Translations under genes and position numbers: made by a program | Notes under the pieces: generated by a model | Databases searched by the model: none | The model's input: the letters and a program-made list of their open reading frames with translations, nothing else | Told to the model about the DNA's origin: nothing | NCBI GenBank assembly: GCA_963706745.1 | Contig: CAVPMX010000003.1 | Location: 101,132-165,131 of the forward strand | From: an uncultured Actinomycetes bacterium | GTDB lineage: Bacteria; Actinomycetota; Acidimicrobiia; IMCC26256; PALSA-610 | DNA length: 64,000 nt | Direction of reading: 5' to 3' | In this document: one piece after another, positions 47,697-58,269 of the stretch | Layout: each line of letters starts with the position of its first letter | How positions within the stretch are numbered: the stretch's first letter is position 1

Positions 47697-48981
47697 GACC
47701 CCACCCCCGAGCTCCGGTCGGACGCCACTCTCGCGCCGCTCGCCGCTCGGCTGCCGCGGGAGGCTGCGTCGAGAATCCGCCTCGCCTTCAGCTCCGTCTC
47801 GCGCCACTCGTCGAGGGGGTCGGAGTCGGCGACGATCCCGCCACCGACGCCGAGGTGGGTCGCATCGCGCGTGATCGTGAAGGTGCGGATGGCCACGGCC
47901 AGGTCGCAACGGCCATGGTCGGAGTCGATCCAGCCGACCGCACCGCAGTACGCACCGCGTCGCAAGGGCTCGAGGTCCTCGATCGCCTGCAGGACGCGTG
48001 GCTTCGGGGCGCCCGTGACCGAGGCGGGCGGGAAGGTGGCGCGGACCAGTTCGGCGAGGCCGACGTCGTCGCGTAGTCGGCCGCGCACGGTGCTGACCAG
48101 GTGGAAGAGCCCGGGGTGTGCCTCCACTTCGCAGAGAGCGTCGGCCCGGACCGACCCGTACTCGCAGACGCGACCGAGGTCGTTGCGCGCTAGGTCGACG
48201 ATCATCACGTTCTCGGCGCGGTCCTTCGCGCTGGCAGCGAGCAGGTCGGCGTCGGAGGCCGTGCCCTTGATCGGTCTCGTCTCGACGCTCGCGACCGTCG
48301 GTCGCCAGGTACCGCTCCGGCGACGCCGAGACGATCGAGAGGTCGAGTCGGCGCCACGGCACCGAACGAGATGAGCGAGGAGTGCGGCGCGGGATTGTGG
48401 CGCCAGAGCGCGGTGAAGAGAGCGACCGGGTCTGCGGGAACGGCGACCGTGAGCCGACGCGTGAGGTTGACCTGATAGCACTCGCCGGCCGCGAGCAGGT
48501 CGAGGATCTCCCGCACGCGACGCGACCATCCGTCCTCGTCGAGGCTGCTCGTCCAACCAGAGAGACCGGGGAGCGCGGCGGCGCCGCTTGTCGCGTCGCC
48601 GCGCGAGCCAGAGGGCGCGCTCGAGGGGCTCGCGTCCGGGTCCGTCGCCCTCGATCGTCGGCGTGCGCGATCCGGGGTCCGAGCACCAGCCGGCAGGGGA
48701 ACCGTGCGAACCCCAGGTCGGGGAGGCGCAGGTCGTCCTCGGCCGACGGGGCGATCCGTTCGACCGAGCGACCGAGGTCGTAGGCGAGGAACCCCGCCCA
48801 GAAGCCGCCGTCCCGCTCGATGCAGTCGAGCGCGACGAGGGCGTCGGGCCCCGACGCGACCCGGATCTCCGAGGGCGCACAGCAGAGGATCGTGCGGTCG
48901 CCGTCCGCGCAGCGCGGCGATCCCGGCCGCGGCGGGGAGATGGGCCAGGATGCTGCAGGGGTCGACCGGTCGATTGACCAC
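47693..48981 (-). CDS. pabB: Aminodeoxychorismate synthase component I (chorismate-binding); multiple frameshifts
   Basis: GECYQVNL, SPERYL, RPIKGT, KDRAENVMIVDLARNDLG, FPPASVTGAPK, VAIRT and GGGIVADS. Confidence 0.88.
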
Positions 48982-49015
48982 GCTCGGAGGCTAACAACCC
49001 GGCCAGAATGGGGAG

Positions 49016-50160
49016 ATGGACTTCGACCTGAATCCCGAGCAGCAGCAGTTCCGCGGTGTCGTGCGCGAGTTCGCCGAGGCCGAGATCGCCCCGTACTGCT
49101 CGGAGTGGGACCGGACCTCGGCCTTCCCCCTCGACGCCGTCGCGAAGATGGCGGAGCTCGGGCTCTTCGGCCTGGTCTTCCCCGAGGAGTACGGAGGGGC
49201 AGGAGCCGGCTACCTCACGTACTGCCTCGCGCTCGAGGAGCTCGCGCGCGTCGACGTCTCCACCGCGATGACGCTGGAGGCCGGCGTCAGCCTCGGTGCG
49301 ATGCCGTTCCTGCTGGCGGGTACGGAGGAGCAGAAGCAGGAGTACCTCGTGCCCATGGTCGAGGGCCGGGCACTCGGTGCCTTCGGGCTCACGGAGTCGA
49401 CGTCGGGATCCGACGCCGGGAACGTGGGGACACGTGCCGAGCTCGACGCGGGGGAGTGGGTGATCGACGGGCAGAAGACCTTCATCACGAACTCGGGAAC
49501 GGCGATCACCAAGTGCGTGACGATCACGGCGCGCACCGGCCCGGGCGAGATCTCGAACGTCGTGGTCGACGCAGGGACGACCGGCTTCGAGGTGCTCCCT
49601 GCGTATCGCAAGATGGGCTGGCGCGCGAGCGATACCCACGAGCTCGTCTTCGACGGTTGCAGGGTCCCCGAGTCGAACCTCCTGGGCGAGAGGGGCGACG
49701 GGTTCAAGCTCTTCATGCGCATCCTCGACTCGGGCGCGTCGCCATCGCAGCCGTATCCGTAGGGCTCGCCCAGGCATGCCTCGACGCGGCCCTCGAGCAC
49801 GCGAAGGCGCGCGAAGCCTTCGGGGGCCCGATCGGTCGATACCAGGCCGTCGCCTTCAAGTGCGCCGACATGGCGCTCGCGATCGAGAACGCGAGGAGCC
49901 TCGTCTGGAAAGCAGCGTGGATGCACGAGCGGGGTGAGCCGATCCGGCAGATCGGCGCGATGGCGAAGCTCTACGCCAGCGAGGCAGCCGTCACCGCGAC
50001 GTGCGAGGCGCTGCAGATCCTCGGGGGGTACGGGTACATGGACGAGTCGCCGGTGAGCCGCTACTACCGCGACGCGAAGATCCTCGAGATCGGGGAGGGG
50101 ACGAGTGAGATCCAGCGCCTGGTCATCGCCCGCGGACTGGGCCTGCCGGTCGACACGTGA
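49016..50160 (+). CDS. Acyl-CoA dehydrogenase; frameshift ~49735
   Basis: FGLTESTSGSDA, KTFITN, KMGWRASDT, REAFG, GGYGY and EIGEGTSEIQR. Confidence 0.95.
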
Positions 50161-50415
50161 GTGGGGGGCGTGAGGCGCGGATGCCTCGAGCCGACTGGGC
50201 GAGCAATCGCCGACTGATGTCCACGGTGGATCGGCCTGATGTGGCGTTGGAGGGGCGGGGCTGAGACGGTCACCTTGCACGAGAGCGGTCAGCCGGTGGT
50301 CGCAGGGCTCCGGGCCGCGATCGTGACGGCGGTACCCGTCTCGAACGGCGCGGGCGGGCCGGGGCGCCTCGCCTGAGAGGCCGTCCGGGCAGCGTCCGCG
50401 AGCCGGGAGATGAGG

Positions 50416-50429
50416 GTGACCTACGTCAC
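50416..50429. promoter_or_regulatory. Candidate CRP/GlxR-family binding site
   Basis: GTGA-CCTACG-TCAC matches the GTGA-N6-TCAC core. Confidence 0.4.
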
Positions 50430-50539
50430 GCCACGGGCCGTCCGGGTTTACGGCCGCCCCCAGAACGGCATTCCGGCATGAATCCGACGCTCCCAGCGCG
50501 CACCGGACGAGCAAGTGCTCACGTTGAGTGAGATCCTGT

Positions 50540-50565
50540 TCAGGTCTCGGAAGCTCCGGGCCGAT
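50540..50565 (+). promoter_or_regulatory. Candidate sigma-28 (FliA/WhiG-type) promoter
   Basis: TCAG (50540-50543), 16 bp spacer, GCCGAT (50560-50565); predicted start ~50573, just before the structured leader. Confidence 0.55.
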
Positions 50566-50592
50566 CAACCCAGTGACCCGAGATGGGTCACA

Positions 50593-50664
50593 GGACGAGC
50601 GTAGATCCGCGGGCCCCTATCTGGTCGCCTGGGCCGCGGGGAGCTAGTGGCGAACCCACCGTCC
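50593..50664 (+). ncRNA. c-di-GMP-II-like riboswitch aptamer
   Basis: P1 GGACG/CGTCC; AGC/GCT; P3 CCGCGgGCCC/GGGCCGCGG; pseudoknot TCGCC (50625-50629)/GGCGA (50649-50653); conserved GGAGCTAGT; ~30 nt before the subtilase ATG. Confidence 0.75.
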
Positions 50665-50693
50665 ACCGAGCGTACGCCAGCCGGAGGTGGGGG

Positions 50694-52438
50694 ATGACCA
50701 GGTCGGAACGTACTCCGAAGAGCAGAGCAAGAGGCCCGAGGCTGCGCGCCAGAACCGCCTGCGTTCTGGTGCTCGTTCTCCTCGCCGGGGCGATGCTGGG
50801 GATCTCGGCAGCCGGCGCGAGGGTGCCGACCGACGAGGTCCTGATCCAGGTCGAGCCGGGGATGGAGTCCGTCGTCGCCGCAGAGGTGCGCGCCCTGGGA
50901 GGCAGACCCGACGAGCCGCTCGAGATCCTCAACGGGTTCGTCGCGGAGGTCCCGATCGCCGCGCTGGGAGGCATCCGCTCGATACCCGGAGTCACCTCCG
51001 TGACCGAGGGCTTCGACATCGCCTTCGACCCGGCCTTCTACGACCCCGAGAAGGTCTCGAGCTCGATGTACCAGGTCGCGCTGGAACGTCGGGGCAGACC
51101 GTCTCTGGAAGGCGGGATACACCGGCGCCGGGATCGACGTGGCTGTCATCGACACCGGCGTCGCGCCCCTTCCCGAGTTCGAAGGCCGCCTCGTCACCGG
51201 CCCGGACCTCTCCTTCGGATCGGGTGACGCCCCGCCGGGCCACGACCAGTTCGGGCACGGAACCCACCTCGCAGGGATCATCGCCGGCCGGGACCCCGCC
51301 GTGGCGCTGAATCCCGGCTCGCTGAAGAACGACGCAAAGCGGCGCTTCGTCGGCGTCGCTCCCGGAGCAAGGATCGTGAACCTCAAGGTCGCGGCGCCCG
51401 ACGGTGCCGTCGACGTCTCGCAGGTGATCGCAGCGATCGACTGGGTGGTCCAGAACCGCACTGCCAACGGCCTGAACATCCGCGTGCTCAACCTCGCCTA
51501 CGGCACCGACGGCCTCCAGGACTACCGGATCGACCCGCTCACCTTCGCGGTGGAGAACGCCTGGATGCACGGAATCGTCGTGGTCGTGGCAGCAGGCAAC
51601 GACGGATATGGCTCGCCACGCCTGAACAACCCTGCATACGACCCCTACGTGATCGCGGTCGGCGCCGCGGACACGAACCGCACCACCAAGCACGACGACG
51701 ACTTCGTCGCCGACTTCTCCAGCCGCGGCGACCGCAAGCGGCAACCCGACGTCGACGCTCCGGGACGCTCCATCGTGGGCCTGCGCGCTCCCGGATCTCT
51801 GGTCGACGAGGCCTTCCCGGCCGCCCGGGTCGGGACGACCCAGCTACGGGGCAGCGGCACCTCGCAGGCGACCGCCGTCACCGCAGGCGCGGCGGCCCTG
51901 CTGCTCCAGCGGTACCCGCACCTCACGCCGGACATGGTCAAGGCCGTCCTCGCCCAGACCGCCAGGGAGATCGCGCCGGGCATCGCGCCGGGCATCGCGA
52001 AGCGGCACGGCGACGACGATGACGACGATGACGACGATCGACGATGACGATGGCGATGACGCACTGAGCATCGACCTCGCCAAGGCGCACGAAGCCGTCA
52101 AGGACCTTCGCGAAGGTGAGCTCAGGTACGTACAGCGCTACACGCGGGCCACCGGCCTGGGCTCGCTGGAGGCAGCACGGGGCAGCGAGCACGTCGTGGC
52201 CGACGACGCCGTCCTGAGCGGGGAGGTCGACGTCACCGGTGCACCCTGGGACGGTCGGAGTTGGAGGGACGATGCCTGGAACGGCCGGAGCTGGCGGAGC
52301 GACGGCTGGCTGGGCCGCAGCTGGCGGAGCGACGGCTGGCTGGGCCGGAGCTGGCGGAGCGACGCCTGGCTGGGTCGCAGCTGGCGCGGCGGCGCCTGGC
52401 TCGCAGCGGAGTTCGTACCCACGGACCCGCTCTGGTAG
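50694..52438 (+). CDS. Secreted S8 subtilase with propeptide, poly-Asp tract and C-terminal Trp pentapeptide repeats; frameshifts ~51085 and ~52039
   Basis: SD GGAGG and a signal peptide. Catalytic VIDTG, HGTHLAG, AAGN and GTSQA are all present. Confidence 0.9.
52012..52060 (+). repeat. GAC/GAT microsatellite encoding poly-Asp
   Basis: Run of GAY codons interrupted by one extra C (~52039) and one GGC codon. Confidence 0.85.
52247..52402 (+). repeat. 30-bp tandem repeat x5 encoding (WxGRS-WRxDx)
   Basis: WDGRSWRDDA WNGRSWRSDG WLGRSWRSDG WLGRSWRSDA WLGRSWRGGA WL. Confidence 0.95.
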
Positions 52439-52498
52439 GAGGCAATAGGGCACGATCACCGAGATCGTGGGGTCCCGGACAACGGGAGCCCAGGAAGT

Positions 52499-52529
52499 GG
52501 CCGGCGCGCGGAGGGTCCGCGCGCCGGCC
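52499..52529 (+). terminator. Strong hairpin terminator after the subtilase
   Basis: Perfect 14-bp stem GGCCGGCGCGCGGA-GGG-TCCGCGCGCCGGCC followed by TTGTG. Confidence 0.75.
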
Positions 52530-52683
52530 TTGTGCATCTCCGCTCCGGCACTCGCGCTGCGGTCGCGGCGGAGCCGATCGGTGGCGTGCCGCTGCAACCC
52601 GGCTGAGCGTCGCGAGATCTTCACCCTTCCCCCACACCTCCGGCGACCGGCGTGACCGGTCGCGTCGGTAGACTTCGCCTGCC

Positions 52684-54156
52684 GTGTCGTCAGCCCCCCG
52701 CTCTCATTGGCGCGCCTTCTTCGGGCGCTTCGCCCTCGCTCTCGCCGTGGTCTCGAGCCTGACCGCCGGCGGGATCGGTGGCGCCTACTGGGTCGCCAAC
52801 GACAAGGTCGACGACATCGAGGACGCCGAGATCGCGGACGGTGTCCTCGACCCGATCGTCGACAAGGGCGCCCCGGCGAACTTCTTGATCATCGGGTCGG
52901 ACACCCGCGCCTTCGTGGAGAGTGCGAAGGATGCCGAGTCGTTCGGCGACGCGGCCACGCAGTCGGGGCAGCGGTCCGACACGATCATGATCGCCCACGT
53001 CGATCCGGACACGGCTACCGGCCTCCTCGTCTCGTTCCCGCGCGACCTCTGGGTCGACATCCCGGGGATCGGCGAGTCGAAGATCAACGCCGCCTTCAAC
53101 GCTGGACCGACGAAGGTCATCGAGACGATCCAGACCAACTTCGGCATACCGATCCACCACTACCTGGAGGTCGACTTCGCCGGATTCAAGGGGATCGTCG
53201 ATGCGATCGGGAGCGTCCCGATCTTCTTCCCCACTCCGGCACGCGACGCGAAGACCGGCCTCGACGTGAAGCTGGGCGGCTGCATGCACCTAAGCGGCGA
53301 TCAGGCCCTCGCCTATGTGAGGTCGCGGTACTACGAGTGGTACGACGTCGAGCAGGCGGAGTGGCGGTCGGACCCCACGTCGGACTTCGGACGCATCCGG
53401 CGGCAGCAGTACTTCATGCGCAGCATCGCGAAGGCCGCGATCGACAAGGGCGGCCGCAACCCCGTCAAGGCCTACAGGCTCCTCGACGAGGTCGTGCGGC
53501 ATCTCGTGAAGGACCCCGGCCTGGGCCTCTCGGATCTCCAGGCGCTGGCGAACACGTTCAGCAACGTCGATCCCGCGGTCGTCGAGATGACCACCGTCCC
53601 CACGGTGCGGGCGTTCCACGGCGGCGCCGACGCGCAGGACCTCGTCGAGGAGGAGGCTCAGGTGCTCTTCGAGCGGCTCCGGTCGTTCGGCCCCGCGGAC
53701 GAGGAGCCCGAAGACGTGCCGCCGCCGGCGGATCTGGAGCCCTCCGAGGTGAGCGTCCGGGTGGAGAACGGGTCGGGTGCACCCGGAGTGGCCGGCGACA
53801 CGCTCGACGCCCTCGTCGCCGAGGGGTTCTCCGGCGTGGGTCCCCCGGCCGACGCCGACCGCCTCGATTACGACGTCACCGAGATCAGGTACGCGCCCGG
53901 CGCGGAGGGCCCGGCACGCCTCGTGAAGGCCTACCTCGCCGGGGCCGGGAAGCTCGTGGCTCTCGACGCCGCCGAGGGCGCCGACGTGACCCTCGTCGTA
54001 GGGAGCGACTTCGAGGGCGTGTGGGCACCGGGTACCGCACCGACTACGACCGTGGCCGCCACGTCGACCACGACGCTGCCCCCGAACCCGGGCACCCTCC
54101 CCGGTGTGACGACCCCGTACGATCCGTCGAGCGGCCTCCCGCCGGTCGGTTGCTGA
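52684..54156 (+). CDS. LCP (LytR-CpsA-Psr) phosphotransferase with LytR_C domain
   Basis: NFLIIGSDTR, RSDTIM, SFPRDLWV, KINAAF, ALAYVRSR, DFGRIRRQQ and VRVENGSG. Confidence 0.95.
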   Translation: MSSAPRSHWRAFFGRFALALAVVSSLTAGGIGGAYWVANDKVDDIEDAEIADGVLDPIVDKGAPANFLIIGSDTRAFVESAKDAESFGDAATQSGQRSDTIMIAHVDPDTATGLLVSFPRDLWVDIPGIGESKINAAFNAGPTKVIETIQTNFGIPIHHYLEVDFAGFKGIVDAIGSVPIFFPTPARDAKTGLDVKLGGCMHLSGDQALAYVRSRYYEWYDVEQAEWRSDPTSDFGRIRRQQYFMRSIAKAAIDKGGRNPVKAYRLLDEVVRHLVKDPGLGLSDLQALANTFSNVDPAVVEMTTVPTVRAFHGGADAQDLVEEEAQVLFERLRSFGPADEEPEDVPPPADLEPSEVSVRVENGSGAPGVAGDTLDALVAEGFSGVGPPADADRLDYDVTEIRYAPGAEGPARLVKAYLAGAGKLVALDAAEGADVTLVVGSDFEGVWAPGTAPTTTVAATSTTTLPPNPGTLPGVTTPYDPSSGLPPVGC

Positions 54157-54330
54157 TGCCCGCGCCGCGGCCTCGTGCAAGGCGCTCGGGGCGGTTGCGC
54201 CGGGGGCGCACGCACGACCGACCGGGCGCGCGGCACGTCGTTGCCCACCGGCCGTGAGCCCTAAGATCACCGGTCGTGCCCAATGTAGGAAACCCGAGCG
54301 GAGCGGCCGAGACCTGCCGATGAGTCTCTC

Positions 54331-55628
54331 GTGAGGATCGCCGTCATCGGGGCCGGATACGTCGGCCTGACCTCCGCTGCCTGCCTGGCGCACCTGGGAC
54401 ACGACGTCGTCTGCGCCGACATCGACCGTGAGCGCGTTCGCCCGACTCGCGAAGGGCGAGGTGCCGATCCTGGAAGAGGGGCTGCCCGCGCCTCGTGGCC
54501 GAGGGATTGGCGGCACGCCGGCTGGAGTTCGTGGTCGGTGCCGAGAACGCCGTTCGCGAGGCCGAGGTCGTACTCCTCTGCGTCCCGACTCCACAGGGCG
54601 ACGACGGATCCGCCGACCTCTCGTACGTCGAAGACGTCTCCCGGGAGATCGCCCCGGCGCTGCGATCCGGAGCCGTGGTCGTGAACAAGTCGACGATGCC
54701 GGTCGGGTCGACCCGACTCGTACAGCGGATCCTCGCCGAGGCGGGTGCCGGGCTCGACAGGGTCACGGTCGCGTCGAACCCCGAGTTCCTTCGCGAGGGT
54801 GCGGCGGTCCGCGACTTCCTGAACCCGGATCGGATCGTCGTCGGCTGCGACGACCCGGCGGCGGCCGTGCGGGTCTCCGACCTGTACCGCAGCGTCCGGG
54901 CCCCCGTGCTGGTGACCGACCCGGCGTCGGCCGAGATGATCAAGTACGCGTCGAATGCGTTCCTGGCTACGAAGATCTCGTTCATCAACGCGATCGCCAA
55001 CCTCTGCGAGGAGGTCGATGCCGACGTGCGCGAGGTCGCGCTTGGGCATGGGCTACGACAGCCGCATCGGGTTCGAGTTCCTGCATCCCGGTCCCGGGCT
55101 ACGGCGGATCGTGCTTCCCCAAGGACACGGCCGCTCTGCTCCACATGGCCCGACAAGCGGGCTACGACTTCGACCTGCTCGACGGTGTCCGGCGTGTGAA
55201 CGTCGAGCAGCACGAGCGCATCGTCGAGAAGACGCGGGCGGCGGTGAGCGGCACGCTCGAAGGGGCCACGGTCGCCGTGTGGGGGCTCACCTTCAAGGCC
55301 GACACCGACGACCTGCGCGACTCGCCGTCGCTCTACATCGCGCGGCGCCTGCTCGAGGAGGGCGCCTCGGTGCAGGCCTACGACCCTGCGGCCGGCGAGC
55401 GCGCGGCGCGCTGTGCTCGCCGGGCTCGACGTCCGCACGGACGCATACGAGACCTGCGCACAGGCCGACGTGCTGGCGGTGCTCACGGAGTGGGACGAGT
55501 TCCGGTGGCTCGACTTCGACCGAGTCAAGGCGGCGATGCGCCGGCCGGCGATCGTCGACGGACGCAACCTGCTCGACCCGGTCGCCCTTCGACGGCGAGG
55601 CTTCACCTACGCGGGTGTCGGTCGCTGA
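54331..55628 (+). CDS. ugd: UDP-glucose 6-dehydrogenase; several frameshifts
   Basis: [65 protein letters not shown] and DGRN. Confidence 0.92.
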
Positions 55629-56578
55629 TGGCGCGGGTCGTCGTAACGGGTGGAGCCGGATTCGTCGGCTCGCACGTCTGCGACGTCCTCCTGTCGAGAG
55701 GCGACGAGGTCGTCTGCGTCGACAACTTCAGCACCGGGATGCGCGAGAACGACCGCGCCGCACGCCCACGATCCGGCCTATGAGCTCGTGGTCTCCGACG
55801 TGAGCCGTGAGCTGCCCGTGTCGGGGCGCGTCGACGCGGTGATGCACCTCGCCAGCCCGGCGAGCCCTCCCGACTACCTCCGGATGCCCCTCGAGTCGCT
55901 CGACGTCGGGTCGCTCGGTACGCGGCTCGCCCTGGATCTCGCGCTCGCGCAACGGTGCGAGGTTCGTCCTGGCGTCCACGAGCGAGGTCTACGGGGACCC
56001 ACTGGTGCACCCTCAGAGCGAGTCCTACTGGGGCAACGTGAACCCCGTCGGCCCTCGTGCGGTGTACGACGAGGCGAAGCGCTTCGCCGAGACGCTGACC
56101 ATGACCTACTTCCGCCTGCACGCCCTCTCGGCCGGGATCGCGCGGATCTTCAACACCTACGGCCCCAGGCTGAGACCGGGCGACGGCCGGGTCGTGTCCA
56201 ACTTCTTGGTGCAGGCGATGGAGAACCGGCCCCTCACCGTCTACGGCGACGGCAGCCAGACAAGGTCTTTCTGCTTCGTCGACGACGAGGCGCGCGGATT
56301 GGTGTCGCTACTCGACTCGGATCTCGTGGGCCCCGTGAACATCGGCAACCCCGACGAGTTCACCGTGCTCGAGCTGTCGAAGATCGTCGTCGAGCTGACG
56401 GGTTCCCACTCCGAGGTCGTGTTCGAGGACCTGCCGATCGACGACCCCGACGCGTCGCTGCCCCGACATCGCCCGTGCGCGAGAGATGCTCGGTTGGGAG
56501 CCTCGCGTCGACCTGCGCGAAGGCTTGGCACGCACACACGCCTGGTACCTGGAGGAGCGCGCCCGTGGTGGAGCCTGA
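55628..56578 (+). CDS. UDP-glucuronate decarboxylase (UXS-like SDR); frameshifts ~55750, ~55955, ~56450
   Basis: [61 protein letters not shown] and NIGNP. Confidence 0.88.
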
Positions 56579-57296
56579 TCCTGTCGCCGAGGCTCCCAGG
56601 TACCGGAAGCTGTCCGTGGTGGTGCCCGTCTACGACGAGCGGAACACCATCGCCGAGGTCCTACGCCGCATGCGCGCGGTGCGACCTTCCGGGCGGCCTC
56701 GACCTCGAGATCGTGATCGTCGACGACGGCAGCACCGACGGCACGAGTGAGGTTCTGTCGCAGCTCGGCGACAGCACGGTGCGCGTCGTGCACCACGGCG
56801 AGAACCGGGGCAAGGGTGCCGCCGTGAGGACGGGCTTCGCGAGCGTGACCGGGCGATCTGGTCCTGATACAGGACGCCGACCTCGAGTACGACCCGGAGG
56901 ACTGGCCGCGCCTCATCAACCCGATGCTCAGTGGCAAGGCGGAGGTCGTCTACGGATCACGCTTCACGGGCGAGCGACGCAACATGCTCTTCTTCCACTG
57001 GGTCGGCAATCGCTTCCTGTCGCTCGTGACGAACGTCCTCTACAACACGACGCTCTCCGACATGGAGACCTGCTACAAGCTCTTCGACCGGCGCGTCGTC
57101 GACAGCGTTGACCCTGAAGGCCGATCGCTTCGACATCGAACCCGAGATGACGGCGAAGGTCCTGCGCCGTGGAATCCGCATCTACGAGGTGCCGATCTCC
57201 TACGCCGGACGGGAGTTCGAGGAGGGCAAGAAGATCACCTGGCGCGACGGCTTCTCTGCGCTGTGGACTCTGGTCAAGTATCGATTCGTCGACTAG
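56568..57296 (+). CDS. Glycosyltransferase family 2 (polyprenol-phosphate glycosyltransferase, DPM1-like); frameshifts
   Basis: [41 protein letters not shown] and [10 protein letters not shown]. Confidence 0.88.
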
Positions 57297-58269
57297 ATGG
57301 GAGCGTCGGAGAGCACGGCAGCCGGCGACGGTGAGACGCCCCCCGCAGACGACGATTCGCAGCGGTCGACGCGATGGGCGGCCGTCGTCGTCAACTACAA
57401 CGCCGGAGCGCTGGTCGTCGCTGCGGTCCGATCGCTCCTGCTCGACGTCGGGGGCGGAGGGCCGCCGGAGGTGGTGGTGGTCGACAACGCCTCGACCGAC
57501 GGCTCGGTCGAGGCGTTGCTCTCGTCGAATCTCGATGTGCGCGTCGTCCGCTCTGCGGGCAACGTCGGCTATGCGCGCGGGGCGAACCTCGGGATCGCGG
57601 CGTGCCGCGCTCCCGTCGTCGCCGTGGTCAATGCCGACGCGGAGATCGAGCGCGGAGCGGCGGCCGCGTGCTCTGCGCCGCTTCGACCTGGAGCCCGAGG
57701 TCGGCGCCGTCGGGCCGCGGATCACGAACACCGACGGGACCGACTACCCGTCGGCGCGGTCGCTGCCCTCGATCGTCGACGCGGCCGGGCACGGGGCTCT
57801 CGGGCTCTTCTGGCCGTCGAATCCCTTCACCCGGCGGTACCGGCATCTCGACGCCGACCCGTCCCTCACGCGCGACGTCGACTGGGTCTCCGGAGCGGCC
57901 GTATGGCTGCGCCGCGCCGCCCTCGACGACGTGGGGGGCTGGGACGAGCGGTACTTCATGTACATGGAGGACGTCGATCTCTGTTGGCGGCTCCGGCGTC
58001 GCGGCTGGCGAGTCGTCTACGAGCCGGCCGCTCGGGTCACCCACGTCCAGGGGGTCAGCGCGTCCAGGCGTCCGTACCGGATGATCCTCGAGCACCACCG
58101 CTCGGCGTGGCGGTTCACGCTGCGCCGTTACACGGGTCTCAGGAGGGTCATGCTCCCGGCGGCCGGCATCTACCTGGCGGTGAGGTGCGGCGCCGCGTGG
58201 GTCGAGCACGCCGTGCGGGCAGGCGCAGAGCGTCGTCGCACGCGCGGTAGCCTCCTGGGCGATGGGTAA
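57297..58269 (+). CDS. Glycosyltransferase family 2, WbbL-like; frameshift ~57670
   Basis: VVVNYN, VDNASTDGS, NVGYARGAN, DWVSGA, GGWDERYFMYMEDVDLC and HHRSA; shortly upstream of manB. Confidence 0.85.

Noticed and set aside
50160..50415. Second riboswitch or small ORF in the long intergenic region
   Set aside because: No ydaO, cobalamin or c-di-GMP-I consensus recognised on either strand, and no ORF with credible signals.
52247..52402. 30-bp repeats as a CRISPR array
   Set aside because: No spacers, the repeats are in-frame and coding, and there are no cas genes.
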